The notes beneath the pieces are model-generated. The model searched no databases, had not been told where the DNA came from, and was given only the letters and a program-made list of their open reading frames with translations. A program made the position numbers and the translations under genes. From contig CAZRBN010000003.1 of the NCBI GenBank assembly GCA_964598355.1, positions 1-40,512 on the forward strand: a stretch of DNA of 40,512 bases. Direction: 5' to 3'. The DNA is from an uncultured Gammaproteobacteria bacterium. GTDB lineage: Bacteria > Patescibacteriota > Microgenomatia > Levybacterales > UBA12049. This document shows positions 9,607 to 20,300 of the stretch, piece after piece; positions within the stretch are counted from its first letter, which is position 1, and every line of letters begins with the position of its first letter.

Positions 9607-11383
9607 ATTTTTTTAGTGGGATCCTCCAAATTATACCAAGAATAAGGATAATTACGCTAGTGAGGGAGATAAGATTACTGATACGTTCTATCGTCGTTCC
9701 TTGATAAATAAGGTGAAGCGTATGTAAGCCTGAAGTTAGATACACCTTTGAACCCTCTTTGGCTGGTTCTAAAGCAAGTTGTTTGGTACCTTCAAATACC
9801 TTCCACCCTGGGAAATAGGCCTGGTTGAAAACAATAAATTGAGGAGTCAATATTTCAATTTGAACATTCTTTTCATTTGTTCTTGTATATGTGTACTTCA
9901 CCACGACCGTTGAAGAGTTATGTATCAATCCTATTGGAAGCTGGCGTACACTGGAAGGCTTATGAAAACCTGAAGGCATATATTCATCTGATATTTTTGA
10001 AGTTGTCCAATGTAAAAAAAGTGGTGATGTCAACGATTGACTGGTTACAGATTCATACAACTGCGACTGAAAATATTTTCCGTACAAAAATATCACTCCA
10101 GAGAGAAGAGCAATAAAAATGCATATACCTATTATTTTTTGTTTTTGAAAAGCCACCCAATTAACCATACCTCCAAGTAAGGAAGTAAAAAGTGATGCAA
10201 GAAGAAGGTATCTCCAGGGGTATTGTAAGAATGCCATTTGAGGAACTTTTTCCCATATGGTTTGAGAGACAGAAAGCATTAGTAAAATACTGGCAATAAG
10301 TCCTACCAAACTCAATACTCCCGCAACAAAAACGTTTTTCTTTTTCCATACAAATGGGAGCAAAAAAAGGGCAAACAAACTCAGGATTATATGTATTTTC
10401 CCCAGCATAAATGAGAAGCCATCCACACAGCCCGGAACCGATCCTCCAAATCCCCATTGACTCTGCCAAAGCTGACTAAGACAAACAAAATGATTATGGA
10501 AATCTGCACCCCCACCTACTTGGGACAACACATTGGTGTATTTCATTTCTGCAAAAACAGGCAACCAGTAGAAAGCGCTGAGTGTTAGACCCAATATAAC
10601 AGTAAGCAGTATGTAGTAAGCAGTATGTAATTTTTGTTTAGAGAATAAAACCAGCATTAGTATAAATAAAACTAAAAAGGGTGTGACCATAAATGCACTA
10701 AGATTGTGAGAAAGAATCACCCCCGCAAACCCAACAGAGGCAATAGATATTCCCGGGAGTAATCTATTTAAAATTTTAAACTGTAATTTTAAATTTTGAA
10801 TTTTGCTACCCTTCGGGGAAGGTAGTGCTCTTGTAGCTAATTTTACATTCTCATCAAGAAATTCATCTTGCTGTAACCATTGATACAGCTTATAAAAACC
10901 AAAAAACGCTAAAGGAAAAAACACATATGCCCATAATTCTCCAATATCTCCTCGCACATACAAATCAACAGCATGATACGGAGCAAAAAGATACAGTACA
11001 GATGATGTTATTCCACCTAATCTTCCCCATAAAGAATTGGCGAGTAGATACATTGTTAGTCCACTTCCTATCATCCCCAACCCTATCATCAGTTTGGTTG
11101 CGAGAAGACTATTTCCAAAGAGAAATACAAAAAAACCACCAGTGTAATATGCAAGTGGTCCATAAAAATTAAATAATGGGTACCCATACCCGTATCCTAA
11201 ATCCTCAACCCATCTTACTGGGAACATCCCGTCCTTAAGTGATTTATGCATTTCAAAAACACGCTGTACTTGTGTATTATCATGCATAGGGAAAAATCCG
11301 TTATGAAATAAAGGCAAAACTGTTATGAGCGAAATTCCCACAACAATATAGAAAGGTAAAAAAGATAGTAATTTATTTTTCAT
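9587..11383 (-). CDS. GT-C membrane protein ('PTPS-related'/YfhO-like)
   Basis: HD...RVFEM, FPVRW...GYGYPLFNFYGPL, PYH...YVRGDIGE, SHN, QYPWRYL, EYMP, YFPGW. Start trimmed to ATG 11383. Confidence 0.82.
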   Translation of the reverse strand: MKNKLLSFLPFYIVVGISLITVLPLFHNGFFPMHDNTQVQRVFEMHKSLKDGMFPVRWVEDLGYGYGYPLFNFYGPLAYYTGGFFVFLFGNSLLATKLMIGLGMIGSGLTMYLLANSLWGRLGGITSSVLYLFAPYHAVDLYVRGDIGELWAYVFFPLAFFGFYKLYQWLQQDEFLDENVKLATRALPSPKGSKIQNLKLQFKILNRLLPGISIASVGFAGVILSHNLSAFMVTPFLVLFILMLVLFSKQKLHTAYYILLTVILGLTLSAFYWLPVFAEMKYTNVLSQVGGGADFHNHFVCLSQLWQSQWGFGGSVPGCVDGFSFMLGKIHIILSLFALFLLPFVWKKKNVFVAGVLSLVGLIASILLMLSVSQTIWEKVPQMAFLQYPWRYLLLASLFTSLLGGMVNWVAFQKQKIIGICIFIALLSGVIFLYGKYFQSQLYESVTSQSLTSPLFLHWTTSKISDEYMPSGFHKPSSVRQLPIGLIHNSSTVVVKYTYTRTNEKNVQIEILTPQFIVFNQAYFPGWKVFEGTKQLALEPAKEGSKVYLTSGLHTLHLIYQGTTIERISNLISLTSVIILILGIIWRIPLKKYEHKSI

Positions 11384-12914
11384 GAGTTCGTCTGAATACC
11401 AATACCCCAAGCAAACCAAAACTAACTAAAGAAATAATATCAGCAAAAAGTCTTATCGGTGTTTCTATAAAACGAGCTTGAATCATATGTCCTCCTGAAG
11501 ACACAGGGAATTGCATAAGGCCTAAGGAATTAGCATAAGATACTGCTACCCGTTTACCATCAACTTTTACTTCCCATCCTGGGAAGTAAATAATATTTAT
11601 TTGTATAACCGAATCTCTGTTGAGAATAACATTTGAGAGGGCATAACTCCCTTTAAATAAAATGTCAGTAACAACTCCATCACCTTTTACTATCTGTACC
11701 TTTTGATCGGTATATATAGTGGGCTGGCTCTTTACCCACTGTGGCATATATTCATTCTTGACTGTAGTTGAATCCTGATTGGTGCTATAAAAAGTATCAG
11801 GAAAATACTGGTAGTACTTAGGAAAGAACAAGGACCATGATGATAGATAGACAATGGCAATAATCAAAATCATACCAAGCACTTTTATTTTTTTAGGGAG
11901 AAGCTCTATTTCTAGTGCTGATAATACTGATACTCCTAAAAGTGTTATCGATAAAAATCTAAAAGGAAATTGAAAAAAAGGAATAATATGCGTTATCTTC
12001 CATAATGATAAAGAAATAGGCAAAACAAAAAATAATGAGAGTATAGTCAGTAACCAAAAAAATCGTAAAGGGACTTGTTTTTTTTGCAATAAAAAAGGGA
12101 AAGTCAGAATAAGTAATAATAGTGTTATCCATCCAATCAAAGGTGAAAAAAGGGAAAGGAAATAACCAGAAATATCTGAAACAGGTGTTTTATCAAAAAT
12201 AGTGTATTGCTTATCGTACAATGCTGGAATCCAGAAAAAAGCAGAAAAACATAATGCATAGAGGATAATACTTCCTATTTGTTTGAGAGAAAAAGCTTTA
12301 CGATAAATCATATACAGGAGAAGAATTGGCACAAACAACACTGCTAAACTATTATGTGCAAGGATAAGAAGTGCAAAACCAATTGCGGTAAAAAGTGTTT
12401 TTTTTCGTTCAATTTGCAACAAAATAAAGGGAAGGATAGCAAGTGCCAGTACCTCACCTACTGAACCTCTTTGATACACATCGAAAACATGATAAGGAAA
12501 AACAACATATACAAAAGATCCAATCACTGCAGCCCATGTAGTAACCAATTTACGAAGCCATACATAACTGTAAAATCCTGATACCAAAAGACTTCCCCCC
12601 AAAATAATCTTAATAGTATCAACAAAGCTAATACCAACTAAATGGATAGGAACACCAATATATAAAAATAATGGATATAAAAAATTGGATACTGGATACC
12701 CATATCCATGATTAAGTCTTACTAAAAACCTTGGAGGAAATTGGCCTTGTTTAATACTTTCGTAAAATGCAGAAAGTCTTATTACCATCCAATTCCCATC
12801 ATCGCTTAAGAAAAATCCGGGATGAAATAACGATAAAAAAGTTGGAAGGATGAGTACTCCCAAAATAATCAAACTACAAATATAAAGTAATTTATTGTCC
12901 TTCAATTGCAACAT
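11373..12914 (-). CDS. GT-C membrane protein ('PTPS-related'/YfhO-like)
   Basis: DDG..M..R, FPPRF...GYGYPVSNFLYPL, PYH...YQRGSVGE, AHN, QFPFRFL, EYMP, YFPGW. Start uncertain (12926, 12914 or TTG 12905). Confidence 0.8.
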   Translation of the reverse strand: MLQLKDNKLLYICSLIILGVLILPTFLSLFHPGFFLSDDGNWMVIRLSAFYESIKQGQFPPRFLVRLNHGYGYPVSNFLYPLFLYIGVPIHLVGISFVDTIKIILGGSLLVSGFYSYVWLRKLVTTWAAVIGSFVYVVFPYHVFDVYQRGSVGEVLALAILPFILLQIERKKTLFTAIGFALLILAHNSLAVLFVPILLLYMIYRKAFSLKQIGSIILYALCFSAFFWIPALYDKQYTIFDKTPVSDISGYFLSLFSPLIGWITLLLLILTFPFLLQKKQVPLRFFWLLTILSLFFVLPISLSLWKITHIIPFFQFPFRFLSITLLGVSVLSALEIELLPKKIKVLGMILIIAIVYLSSWSLFFPKYYQYFPDTFYSTNQDSTTVKNEYMPQWVKSQPTIYTDQKVQIVKGDGVVTDILFKGSYALSNVILNRDSVIQINIIYFPGWEVKVDGKRVAVSYANSLGLMQFPVSSGGHMIQARFIETPIRLFADIISLVSFGLLGVLVFRRTHEK

Positions 12915-14571
12915 ATGCCACCTCATCTACTGGATAGGAAACAATTTCCTGATTAAGAGCAAGAGATATAGGTCTTCTTGGATAAGTAAATACCTTTATT
13001 GGTAATACATGTGGAGGAATTCTATCTGCAGTGGTAATAATAATGTTACCTTTATGATAATCATCAGTCCAATTAATATCCTTAAATTGATATTTACCAA
13101 AAGACTTTACCATGCTAAAACCCTCTGCATCTTCATTTTCACGAATTTCGGTTTTTTGAAACAAAAGAGGTGAATACGAATTGAAGAAGAGCAGTGATGT
13201 ATAGATGAATCCTGCTTTTTGGTCAAAGATTACTTTATCGTATTTCTGATCATTCACTTGTAAAAATTCTGAAACTGCTTTATCTTCAAGTCTCCATTGC
13301 TTTGTATAGAGAAGAGGAAAACGGACATAATAAGAAGCACAATAGTATATAAAATTAAAAAGTATGAAAAGACTACAGACGACAATTGCTGAAAATCTCA
13401 CAGTTGATCCTTTAGTTTTTAACCATTGCCAACATACCAAAAGGCCATATGCTGAAAATATTTCATAAGGAAAAATAAGAAAAAAGCTTCTTGTTGCATG
13501 AGGAACATCCCGAGTAAGACTTGCAACCAAAATGGTAATAACTGCCCACCCAAAAGGGACAATACTCCACTGTTGTTTCTGCTTCACTAGGAAAACAACT
13601 CCTGCAATCATAAAAGGCAATTCAACTAAATAAAATTGTCCCATATTCCCAATCCCATGGTTGCCATGGGATGATCCAGTAAGAAAGAAAAAGTTAATAG
13701 AAAAGTATGATGCAATATTTACAGCATATTGCCAGAGAAGGAGGAGTGCTACAGGAAATATTTTGCTAAAGAGAGTTCCTGCTAGATATGATTTAAATTC
13801 TATCAACGGTGCTTTTACCACAGCGCTTGAAAAAAGTAATGTGCCCTTTGCCGATGTTACACCCGCTTGGGTAAAAAATGTACTGATAAAAGGAATCAGT
13901 GCAAGCAGTGAAAGGAAAAGTGTAATAATAACCTCTTTTTTCAATACTGATTTTTTCCCTTGTATACCATAATAGAGAATAAGAATATACAATAACGGCG
14001 AAAGTAACCGAGTAAGGTTATAGGAATATAGTGAAATAATAAAACAAAAGGTCCCTAAAAGGAAAAGTCCTTTTTTCTTTGAAGTAAATGATTCCAAAAG
14101 AAGAAATGCTCCACAAGCAAAAAGGAAAAGGCTAATACTCACTTCAAAGGTAGCCCTGTTATAGTGAATGCTCCAAGGATTGACGGCAAGGAGTCCCATG
14201 GTAAGAAAAGCAAGGATTGTATTTCCAGTTAGCTTTTTTGTTAGAAAATACACGACAGCAATAGTAAGAATGCCAAAAAACGCAGAGGGAAATCGTACGG
14301 CAAATTCATTCATGCCAAACAGCATAATTGATGGGATTGTTGCGTAAACATATACAGGGAGTTTGTAATCCCCAAAAGACTTAAAATATAATGGCCATGA
14401 TGACCCCCACTCATCTTTTCCTGTATGAATCAACGAGTAAGCATTATATCCAATAGCTGACTCATCCTGATAAAACCCATGAGGAATATTCCCTAATTGG
14501 TTAAGTCTTAAAAATGCTGCAACGAGAAGAATAGCAATAAATATCCACCATTGTTTAAAAAAGTCTTTCAT
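12892..14571 (-). CDS. ArnT/PMT-like GT-C glycosyltransferase
   Basis: FLRL..LG..P.GF..DE..IGYNAYSL..TGKDEWG, DYKLPVYVY, FAVRFPSA, PW..HYNR..FE; multi-TM. Confidence 0.85.
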   Translation of the reverse strand: MKDFFKQWWIFIAILLVAAFLRLNQLGNIPHGFYQDESAIGYNAYSLIHTGKDEWGSSWPLYFKSFGDYKLPVYVYATIPSIMLFGMNEFAVRFPSAFFGILTIAVVYFLTKKLTGNTILAFLTMGLLAVNPWSIHYNRATFEVSISLFLFACGAFLLLESFTSKKKGLFLLGTFCFIISLYSYNLTRLLSPLLYILILYYGIQGKKSVLKKEVIITLFLSLLALIPFISTFFTQAGVTSAKGTLLFSSAVVKAPLIEFKSYLAGTLFSKIFPVALLLLWQYAVNIASYFSINFFFLTGSSHGNHGIGNMGQFYLVELPFMIAGVVFLVKQKQQWSIVPFGWAVITILVASLTRDVPHATRSFFLIFPYEIFSAYGLLVCWQWLKTKGSTVRFSAIVVCSLFILFNFIYYCASYYVRFPLLYTKQWRLEDKAVSEFLQVNDQKYDKVIFDQKAGFIYTSLLFFNSYSPLLFQKTEIRENEDAEGFSMVKSFGKYQFKDINWTDDYHKGNIIITTADRIPPHVLPIKVFTYPRRPISLALNQEIVSYPVDEVAYVAIEGQ

Positions 14572-14663
14572 AAATCTCGTTAAACTTAGAACTTAAACTA
14601 AGAACCAAAAACTTAAAAATACTAAATACTAGATACTAAACACTTTTCCAACCGTTTCTATTG

Positions 14664-17015
14664 TCATGATTCCCTACCGTCTTTTATTTTTCTGACAACA
14701 ATGATATATAAAGCCAACCCTACCACTCCCATTATAGTTAAAGTTACCCCAAGAGAAAAGGATCTAGGTTGATATAAAAATGTAATGGTATGAACGCCTG
14801 CCGGAACATCAACTCCACGGAAAGTAAAATTAGCTTTAAAAATAGATGCCTCTTTCCCATCCACCAAAGCTTTCCATCCTGGGAAATAAGTATCTGTTAA
14901 CACAAGAAACTCTTTTCCGTCGGTGGTGGTCTGCATGGTCACTTTTTCAGGAGAATACTGGAGAATTTTAGCCTCTCCTGTTGTGCCTGATAGGTTACTC
15001 CTATGTTTTTCTAACAAAACAGTATCGCTAGGATTAAATGTTTCTGCGTAAAACTTTCTTGCAAATTCTTGAGGTGTTGCGTAGGTATCAGAAGATCTAA
15101 CAATATATGCATGTGGGAGAGCAGACCCATTATGGTAGATGTGCCACTCACCCTCAGATGAGGTTAACTCCCACTTACTTTTCTTTAAAAAGTCGTTACT
15201 GAGCATATTTTTTGAGAGAATATACCCAACACTTGTTGCATTGAGAACTTTCAAACGGTACGGATTTTTATCGAGATCGTCTTCTGTAAAAGCAGGAGCA
15301 ATTGTAGCATCAGAACGAGACTGATTAGTAAATGCTGTATGAATCTTTCCGTCTTGTGATGAGGAAATAAATTCTCCATATACTTTTGGATATAGCGGAT
15401 CATAGCCCTGTGTATCTGACAAATGAAACATTGACAAGACATTGGGTTCTACAGAAGCACTTCCATAACTCCACACACGCTGACTTCCTGTGAGACGTTG
15501 TAGTGTACTAATAACCGAAATAGATGGATAGACAAGTGCTGGCTTTACAAATGAATTAAATTTATTAAAGAAATAGAATAAATCAAGGATAGTCAACAAC
15601 ACTAAACAAAATGCAATAAAGGCATTTCTTTTTTTAAAAAAGGATCCTATGAAGATAAGCAAACTTCCAACACATAAAACACTGAGAGAATAGGTTATGT
15701 TTTTAATATTTAGCTGAATATGAAAGGTTTTTGACAATAAGAATGTGAGAGGGAAAATTATAAAGGCGACAAACAGGAGTGCTAAAATTTTTTTGTTTTT
15801 CTGCTCTAAATAATATTCCAAACCAAAACCAGCTAAAATTGCGAGTGAAAAGCTTACAAGAAATAAGGCGTTAGATGGAGATCCTGTTGAGAAGAATGGG
15901 ATTTGCATTGTATAAAAAATTTGTGTGAAAGGGGTTCGGACTAAAAAGAATAATAAAGTTATAACAGCTCCCGTAAAAAACAGTATACTTTTATTGGTTT
16001 TTATTCTTGCGAAGGAGTACAGTGCAAAAAGCAAAGGGAGTATCCCAATATAGAATGCCTTTCCTGGATATGAATCAGTTAGAAGATAATTTCGTGTTGC
16101 TGGATTTCCAAAAATATCCGGAATAATAACAACGAGAAGTTGATAGGGTTGAAGTAAAAGGTTATTGATAAGAAAAGAATAATTTTGAGAGACTCTTGCA
16201 GCATTATTAATAAGCTCAAGTGTTGACAGTAATTGAACTCCTGTTATAGCACATGCAAGCACCAATAAGAAAAGTAATTCCAAACTGAGTAACAGTTTGT
16301 TTTTAAAAGAAGATACTCTGAAAAATGCATACACAACAACAAAAAGAAAAGCAAAACCCCATAGCTGAATATGTCCGGCAAAAAACGAAAAGGCTATAGA
16401 ACTAACAAGTAGCAGACTTCCCAGATTTTTTTTGTTATGCAAAAAAAATTCTACCCCCAAGAGGGTCCAGGGCAAAAGAGCAACCACATGACCAATGGTA
16501 TTGTACTCAAGAAAAACAGTCTGAAAAAGAGAATATCCATATGCAATACTGGAAAGTGTACTGCCCCATTTTCCTATTCCTATTTTTCTCGTAAAAAGGT
16601 ATGTACCAATACTTGCCAAAAGAGGTTGTAACACAACAAGTATTGACCAAGCAAGAAACTGTGGAAAGAGAAAATATAAAATATTCAACGGATACCAAAC
16701 AGATGATTGGTTATTTGCCAACAATGGTGTTCCTGAAAAATTATATGGATTCCATAAAGGAATTTTAAAATGTTTAAAACTTTCAATAGCTAACATTTTC
16801 CAAGGGTATAGTTGTCTGATAACATCAAAATATTGAGCTTTATTTGGCATACCACCAGGAGCAAATCCCAAAAAAGAATATGATCTCCAAGGATTATATT
16901 CGCCAGCTAATAAGTCTCCGGGAAAAGGTATTTTCCCCAGTAAAAAAACCTGATAAAAAAAGAGGCAACAAACAGCAATAAGAAGTAGTAGGAATTTATA
17001 TTCTTTTTTTAGCAT
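14664..17015 (-). CDS. YfhO-family GT-C membrane protein
   Basis: DVIRQLYPWK, PLWNPYNFSGTPLLANNQS, GHIQ, GYDPL, LVLTDTYFPGWKALVDG...ANFTFRGV.VPAG.H.I.F.Y.P. Confidence 0.85.
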   Translation of the reverse strand: MLKKEYKFLLLLIAVCCLFFYQVFLLGKIPFPGDLLAGEYNPWRSYSFLGFAPGGMPNKAQYFDVIRQLYPWKMLAIESFKHFKIPLWNPYNFSGTPLLANNQSSVWYPLNILYFLFPQFLAWSILVVLQPLLASIGTYLFTRKIGIGKWGSTLSSIAYGYSLFQTVFLEYNTIGHVVALLPWTLLGVEFFLHNKKNLGSLLLVSSIAFSFFAGHIQLWGFAFLFVVVYAFFRVSSFKNKLLLSLELLFLLVLACAITGVQLLSTLELINNAARVSQNYSFLINNLLLQPYQLLVVIIPDIFGNPATRNYLLTDSYPGKAFYIGILPLLFALYSFARIKTNKSILFFTGAVITLLFFLVRTPFTQIFYTMQIPFFSTGSPSNALFLVSFSLAILAGFGLEYYLEQKNKKILALLFVAFIIFPLTFLLSKTFHIQLNIKNITYSLSVLCVGSLLIFIGSFFKKRNAFIAFCLVLLTILDLFYFFNKFNSFVKPALVYPSISVISTLQRLTGSQRVWSYGSASVEPNVLSMFHLSDTQGYDPLYPKVYGEFISSSQDGKIHTAFTNQSRSDATIAPAFTEDDLDKNPYRLKVLNATSVGYILSKNMLSNDFLKKSKWELTSSEGEWHIYHNGSALPHAYIVRSSDTYATPQEFARKFYAETFNPSDTVLLEKHRSNLSGTTGEAKILQYSPEKVTMQTTTDGKEFLVLTDTYFPGWKALVDGKEASIFKANFTFRGVDVPAGVHTITFLYQPRSFSLGVTLTIMGVVGLALYIIVVRKIKDGRES

Positions 17016-18663
17016 AAGTAGAAAACACAGTAATTCCTGATAGTAACAGAAGGAAAAAGAGTGTAATTAGTGAAACACTATCAGCAGCAAAACGCAATTT
17101 ATCCTCTCCCCATTTCGCAATAATGTGATGATTTCCTGCTGTAATTGGAAAAGTAATTTGTCCACGGTAATTAATATCTTGGAATTGAATAGGAACTGGT
17201 GTATTATCCACTAGTACTTTCCACCCGGGAAAATATTCTGTATGATCGACAACAGTTGCTGATTGTGTTGTTGCAATATCGTATGAGTGCATTATGGAAT
17301 TTTTTGTAAAGTTGGCAATAGTTCCATTTCCTTCAGCAAAGGTAACAGGCTTTACAGGATAATTCTTTGCTGGACCTTCGGACCAAATAACATCTGTTTC
17401 TCCATAATACGTAGTAGTCAGCGGAAAATGCCAATAGTAATTCTCATTTATTTTGTCGTATCCCAAAGCTGGATGCCAATAAAACATTGTCGTCCCGACA
17501 ACAAGAGTTATCAGGGAGATAAACACCCACTTTTTCATAAAAAATGGAAAAGAAAAAAAACTGAGAGAAAAAAGTGCTGTAGTGAAGGTCATAATTCCAA
17601 GCAACCTCCACGAGAATTGGAATTGCCTGAGCAAAGATACATGCGCCCAGACAAATTTTGATATAGGTTGCATAAAAAATACTGTAAGAAGACTTACTCC
17701 CAAAACAAAAAGAAAAAGTCTTAGGATCTTTACATCCGTTATTTTCTTCTTCACGAGAAGATAAACGACAAGCACGAGGGCTAAGACATGAAATAGTCCC
17801 AATTGGACAGAAATTCCTCCTGTCTGGAGATGTGTTTCATTAAACCAGTTAGCAACAAAAAAGTTTTGCAAAGGCGGAAAATGAGACAGGTATAAATCCT
17901 TCATAAAAAGATCTCCATACGTAAATCGATGCTCAAGTAATGCTGGTATCCAATAAAAAGCAGACATGGCAAGTCCTGTTACCAGAGAGACAAATGAAAA
18001 AAATGTTCGTTTGAAGTTAGAAGAAAAAATAAGCATCAAACCTGTACAAAAGAGAAAAAACACCAAACTTAATGCATTGTGAGACATGACTAGTAACGCT
18101 GTAGCAATGCTTGTAAGGACAAAAAATTTCCAAGAAAATTTTTTGGATAATTTCAAAAGTCCATATCCAACCAAAGGCAAAAAGCTATATGCATATACTT
18201 CTCCAAAACTTCCTCGAATAAGAAGTTCGACAAGTCTGAAAGGTGCAAATTGATAAAAAATAGTCAGTAAAAATGCCTTTTTATCATCCCCTGTTAACTC
18301 TTTTCCAAAAAGATACATAAAGACTCCTGATAAGACAAAACTTACTACAAGAGTAAGTTTGAATGACAATACAAGTCCCAAACCCAAAAAAATAAAAAAG
18401 GACGCAATAACATAGGGAACTTGATAGATAAAAATAAAAAGAGGCATGCCATATCCATAATTTATATATCCTGCCCATCGTACAGGAAATTCACCTTCCT
18501 TTAGTGCAGTGAAATATGCAGCCATTCGTGCTAAATGGACAAGACCATCGTGAGTATGTGGATTAAAAGACGTAAAAAGAATACTAACAAAAGGAAGGAG
18601 TGAAAGAAGAATAACAGTAATAATAAGCCAAAAACCTTTATTACTTTGATGATTTATTTTCAT
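16996..18663 (-). CDS. GT-C membrane protein ('PTPS-related'/YfhO-like)
   Basis: THDGLVHLAR, FPVRWA..INYGYGMPLF, PFR...LIRGSFGE, SHN, QFSWRLL, YFPGW. Confidence 0.82.
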   Translation of the reverse strand: MKINHQSNKGFWLIITVILLSLLPFVSILFTSFNPHTHDGLVHLARMAAYFTALKEGEFPVRWAGYINYGYGMPLFIFIYQVPYVIASFFIFLGLGLVLSFKLTLVVSFVLSGVFMYLFGKELTGDDKKAFLLTIFYQFAPFRLVELLIRGSFGEVYAYSFLPLVGYGLLKLSKKFSWKFFVLTSIATALLVMSHNALSLVFFLFCTGLMLIFSSNFKRTFFSFVSLVTGLAMSAFYWIPALLEHRFTYGDLFMKDLYLSHFPPLQNFFVANWFNETHLQTGGISVQLGLFHVLALVLVVYLLVKKKITDVKILRLFLFVLGVSLLTVFFMQPISKFVWAHVSLLRQFQFSWRLLGIMTFTTALFSLSFFSFPFFMKKWVFISLITLVVGTTMFYWHPALGYDKINENYYWHFPLTTTYYGETDVIWSEGPAKNYPVKPVTFAEGNGTIANFTKNSIMHSYDIATTQSATVVDHTEYFPGWKVLVDNTPVPIQFQDINYRGQITFPITAGNHHIIAKWGEDKLRFAADSVSLITLFFLLLLSGITVFSTYAKKRI

Positions 18664-20164
18664 ATTTTATCTGAGGAATAATTTTGTAAAGACTAATAAA
18701 GCTATTCCCAATACCTTTTTGATATCTTGCAATAAATTGTACTGGCCATCCGGAAGGAGGCACTTGCGTTTGATTAAAGATCATGAAGGATGGGAATTCT
18801 GCTGATTTTGTTGCAATATCTAAAGGCATAGTATTTTCCAAAGGCCATACACCCTCCTTTAAAACGTGGTCGTTATTATTAAAGTATATTTCAACTGCAT
18901 AGGTCGGCAGAGAACCAAAGCTTCCTTCACTTGCAACAAAAATAGTTTTATCCTGTGATTGTATATGTAAGTAGGAAATAATTTGAGCAATTCCTCCCCC
19001 TGCTGGCCAATCGTTACTATATTGAGATAAATCTGATTTTGGAATTGGTGCTCGTGCAAAATCATTGGTAATAAAGTAATCTGCCCGAATCCATAAAGCA
19101 ACGAGTAATAGTGTCACAACAATACCTATTACTTTATTCTTTTGCGTAAGTAGCCAATAGAAAGTAAGTGCTACCAAACAAAGAAGAGGAACAGTCATAA
19201 AAAGAATAAATCGTGGATATAAAATTCTTCCAAATAAACCCAACAAAACAAATGGTATAATCCAAAAAATAATAAGTAACACTTTTTCTTTCCAGAATTT
19301 CTTGAAAATAAAAAATGAAAAACCAATTGCAACTATAATCGGATATGAAACATAGGTGCTAAACCAATCCCAGAGACCTTGTATATTCCCTTGTACAAAA
19401 GTAAAAGGATGCTTTATCCAATCGTGAAGTGGGTAAACAAACGTATCGTTTTTATCCGAAATAATGTGAAAAAATGGAGAAAGTCTAAGTACTTGATAAT
19501 AGACAGTTGCAAGACCAACTGTTAAAAGAGCAAAACTAACCCAGTGTAATAATCTCTTTAGTCTATCATTACCGGTGAAATCAAATAAAAGAAGGGTAAA
19601 GGGCATAAGATACATACTAAAAAAATTAGAACTCTTCGTAAGCATTCCTCCACCCATTACCAAAGCAAGCGTAAAAGCAATCCATGCCCGTGGATTTCTT
19701 ACCAGTAAAATTTCCAAATAAAGACTCCATACTGCAAAGAGTGCAACAAGTGAGTCATACATTGCCATCCGATCGTAGACAAGTCCAAAGGGATACAAGA
19801 CATATAAAGCAGCAGTTAAAAATCCAACCCATTTATTTTTAAAAATTTCCCGTCCTAAAAAGAACAATCCTACAGTTATCAAAACGCCAGCAATAACAGA
19901 TACCATTCTTCCTGCAAGAAGAGGATCATGGAAAAATTTCATTGCCCCCATTGCCCACCATACAAACATTGGCTGTTTTCCATCGGTTAAGGAAATAAAT
20001 CTCCATGCTGCATCTTGCTTGGCAATTTGTGACCACCGCACATAAATTGCCTCATCTGTAAAAAGAGGCAAACTCATAAGATGAGCCAAACGAAGGGAAA
20101 AATAAGAAACAATAATACCGGCTGATACAAGAATTTCAGGTAAAAAATTTTTAAAAGGTTTCAT
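18641..20164 (-). CDS. ArnT/PMT-like GT-C glycosyltransferase
   Basis: LPLFTDEAIYVRW, DGKQPMF.W, DPL.AGR..SV, YDRMAMYD, LTK. Start trimmed to ATG 20164, downstream of TTGCAA-18-TACAAT. Confidence 0.82.
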   Translation of the reverse strand: MKPFKNFLPEILVSAGIIVSYFSLRLAHLMSLPLFTDEAIYVRWSQIAKQDAAWRFISLTDGKQPMFVWWAMGAMKFFHDPLLAGRMVSVIAGVLITVGLFFLGREIFKNKWVGFLTAALYVLYPFGLVYDRMAMYDSLVALFAVWSLYLEILLVRNPRAWIAFTLALVMGGGMLTKSSNFFSMYLMPFTLLLFDFTGNDRLKRLLHWVSFALLTVGLATVYYQVLRLSPFFHIISDKNDTFVYPLHDWIKHPFTFVQGNIQGLWDWFSTYVSYPIIVAIGFSFFIFKKFWKEKVLLIIFWIIPFVLLGLFGRILYPRFILFMTVPLLCLVALTFYWLLTQKNKVIGIVVTLLLVALWIRADYFITNDFARAPIPKSDLSQYSNDWPAGGGIAQIISYLHIQSQDKTIFVASEGSFGSLPTYAVEIYFNNNDHVLKEGVWPLENTMPLDIATKSAEFPSFMIFNQTQVPPSGWPVQFIARYQKGIGNSFISLYKIIPQIKYENKSSK

Positions 20165-20300
20165 AGGAATATTGTTATTGTATATGCTTCTTACTCTGGT
20201 TTGCAACTCAAAAAGTTGCGTAAGCAGTATCAAGAAAAGTTATATCATAACGAGTACATAAGTATTCGTTTCAAATACAATAATCGAAGTATAAGCTAAG

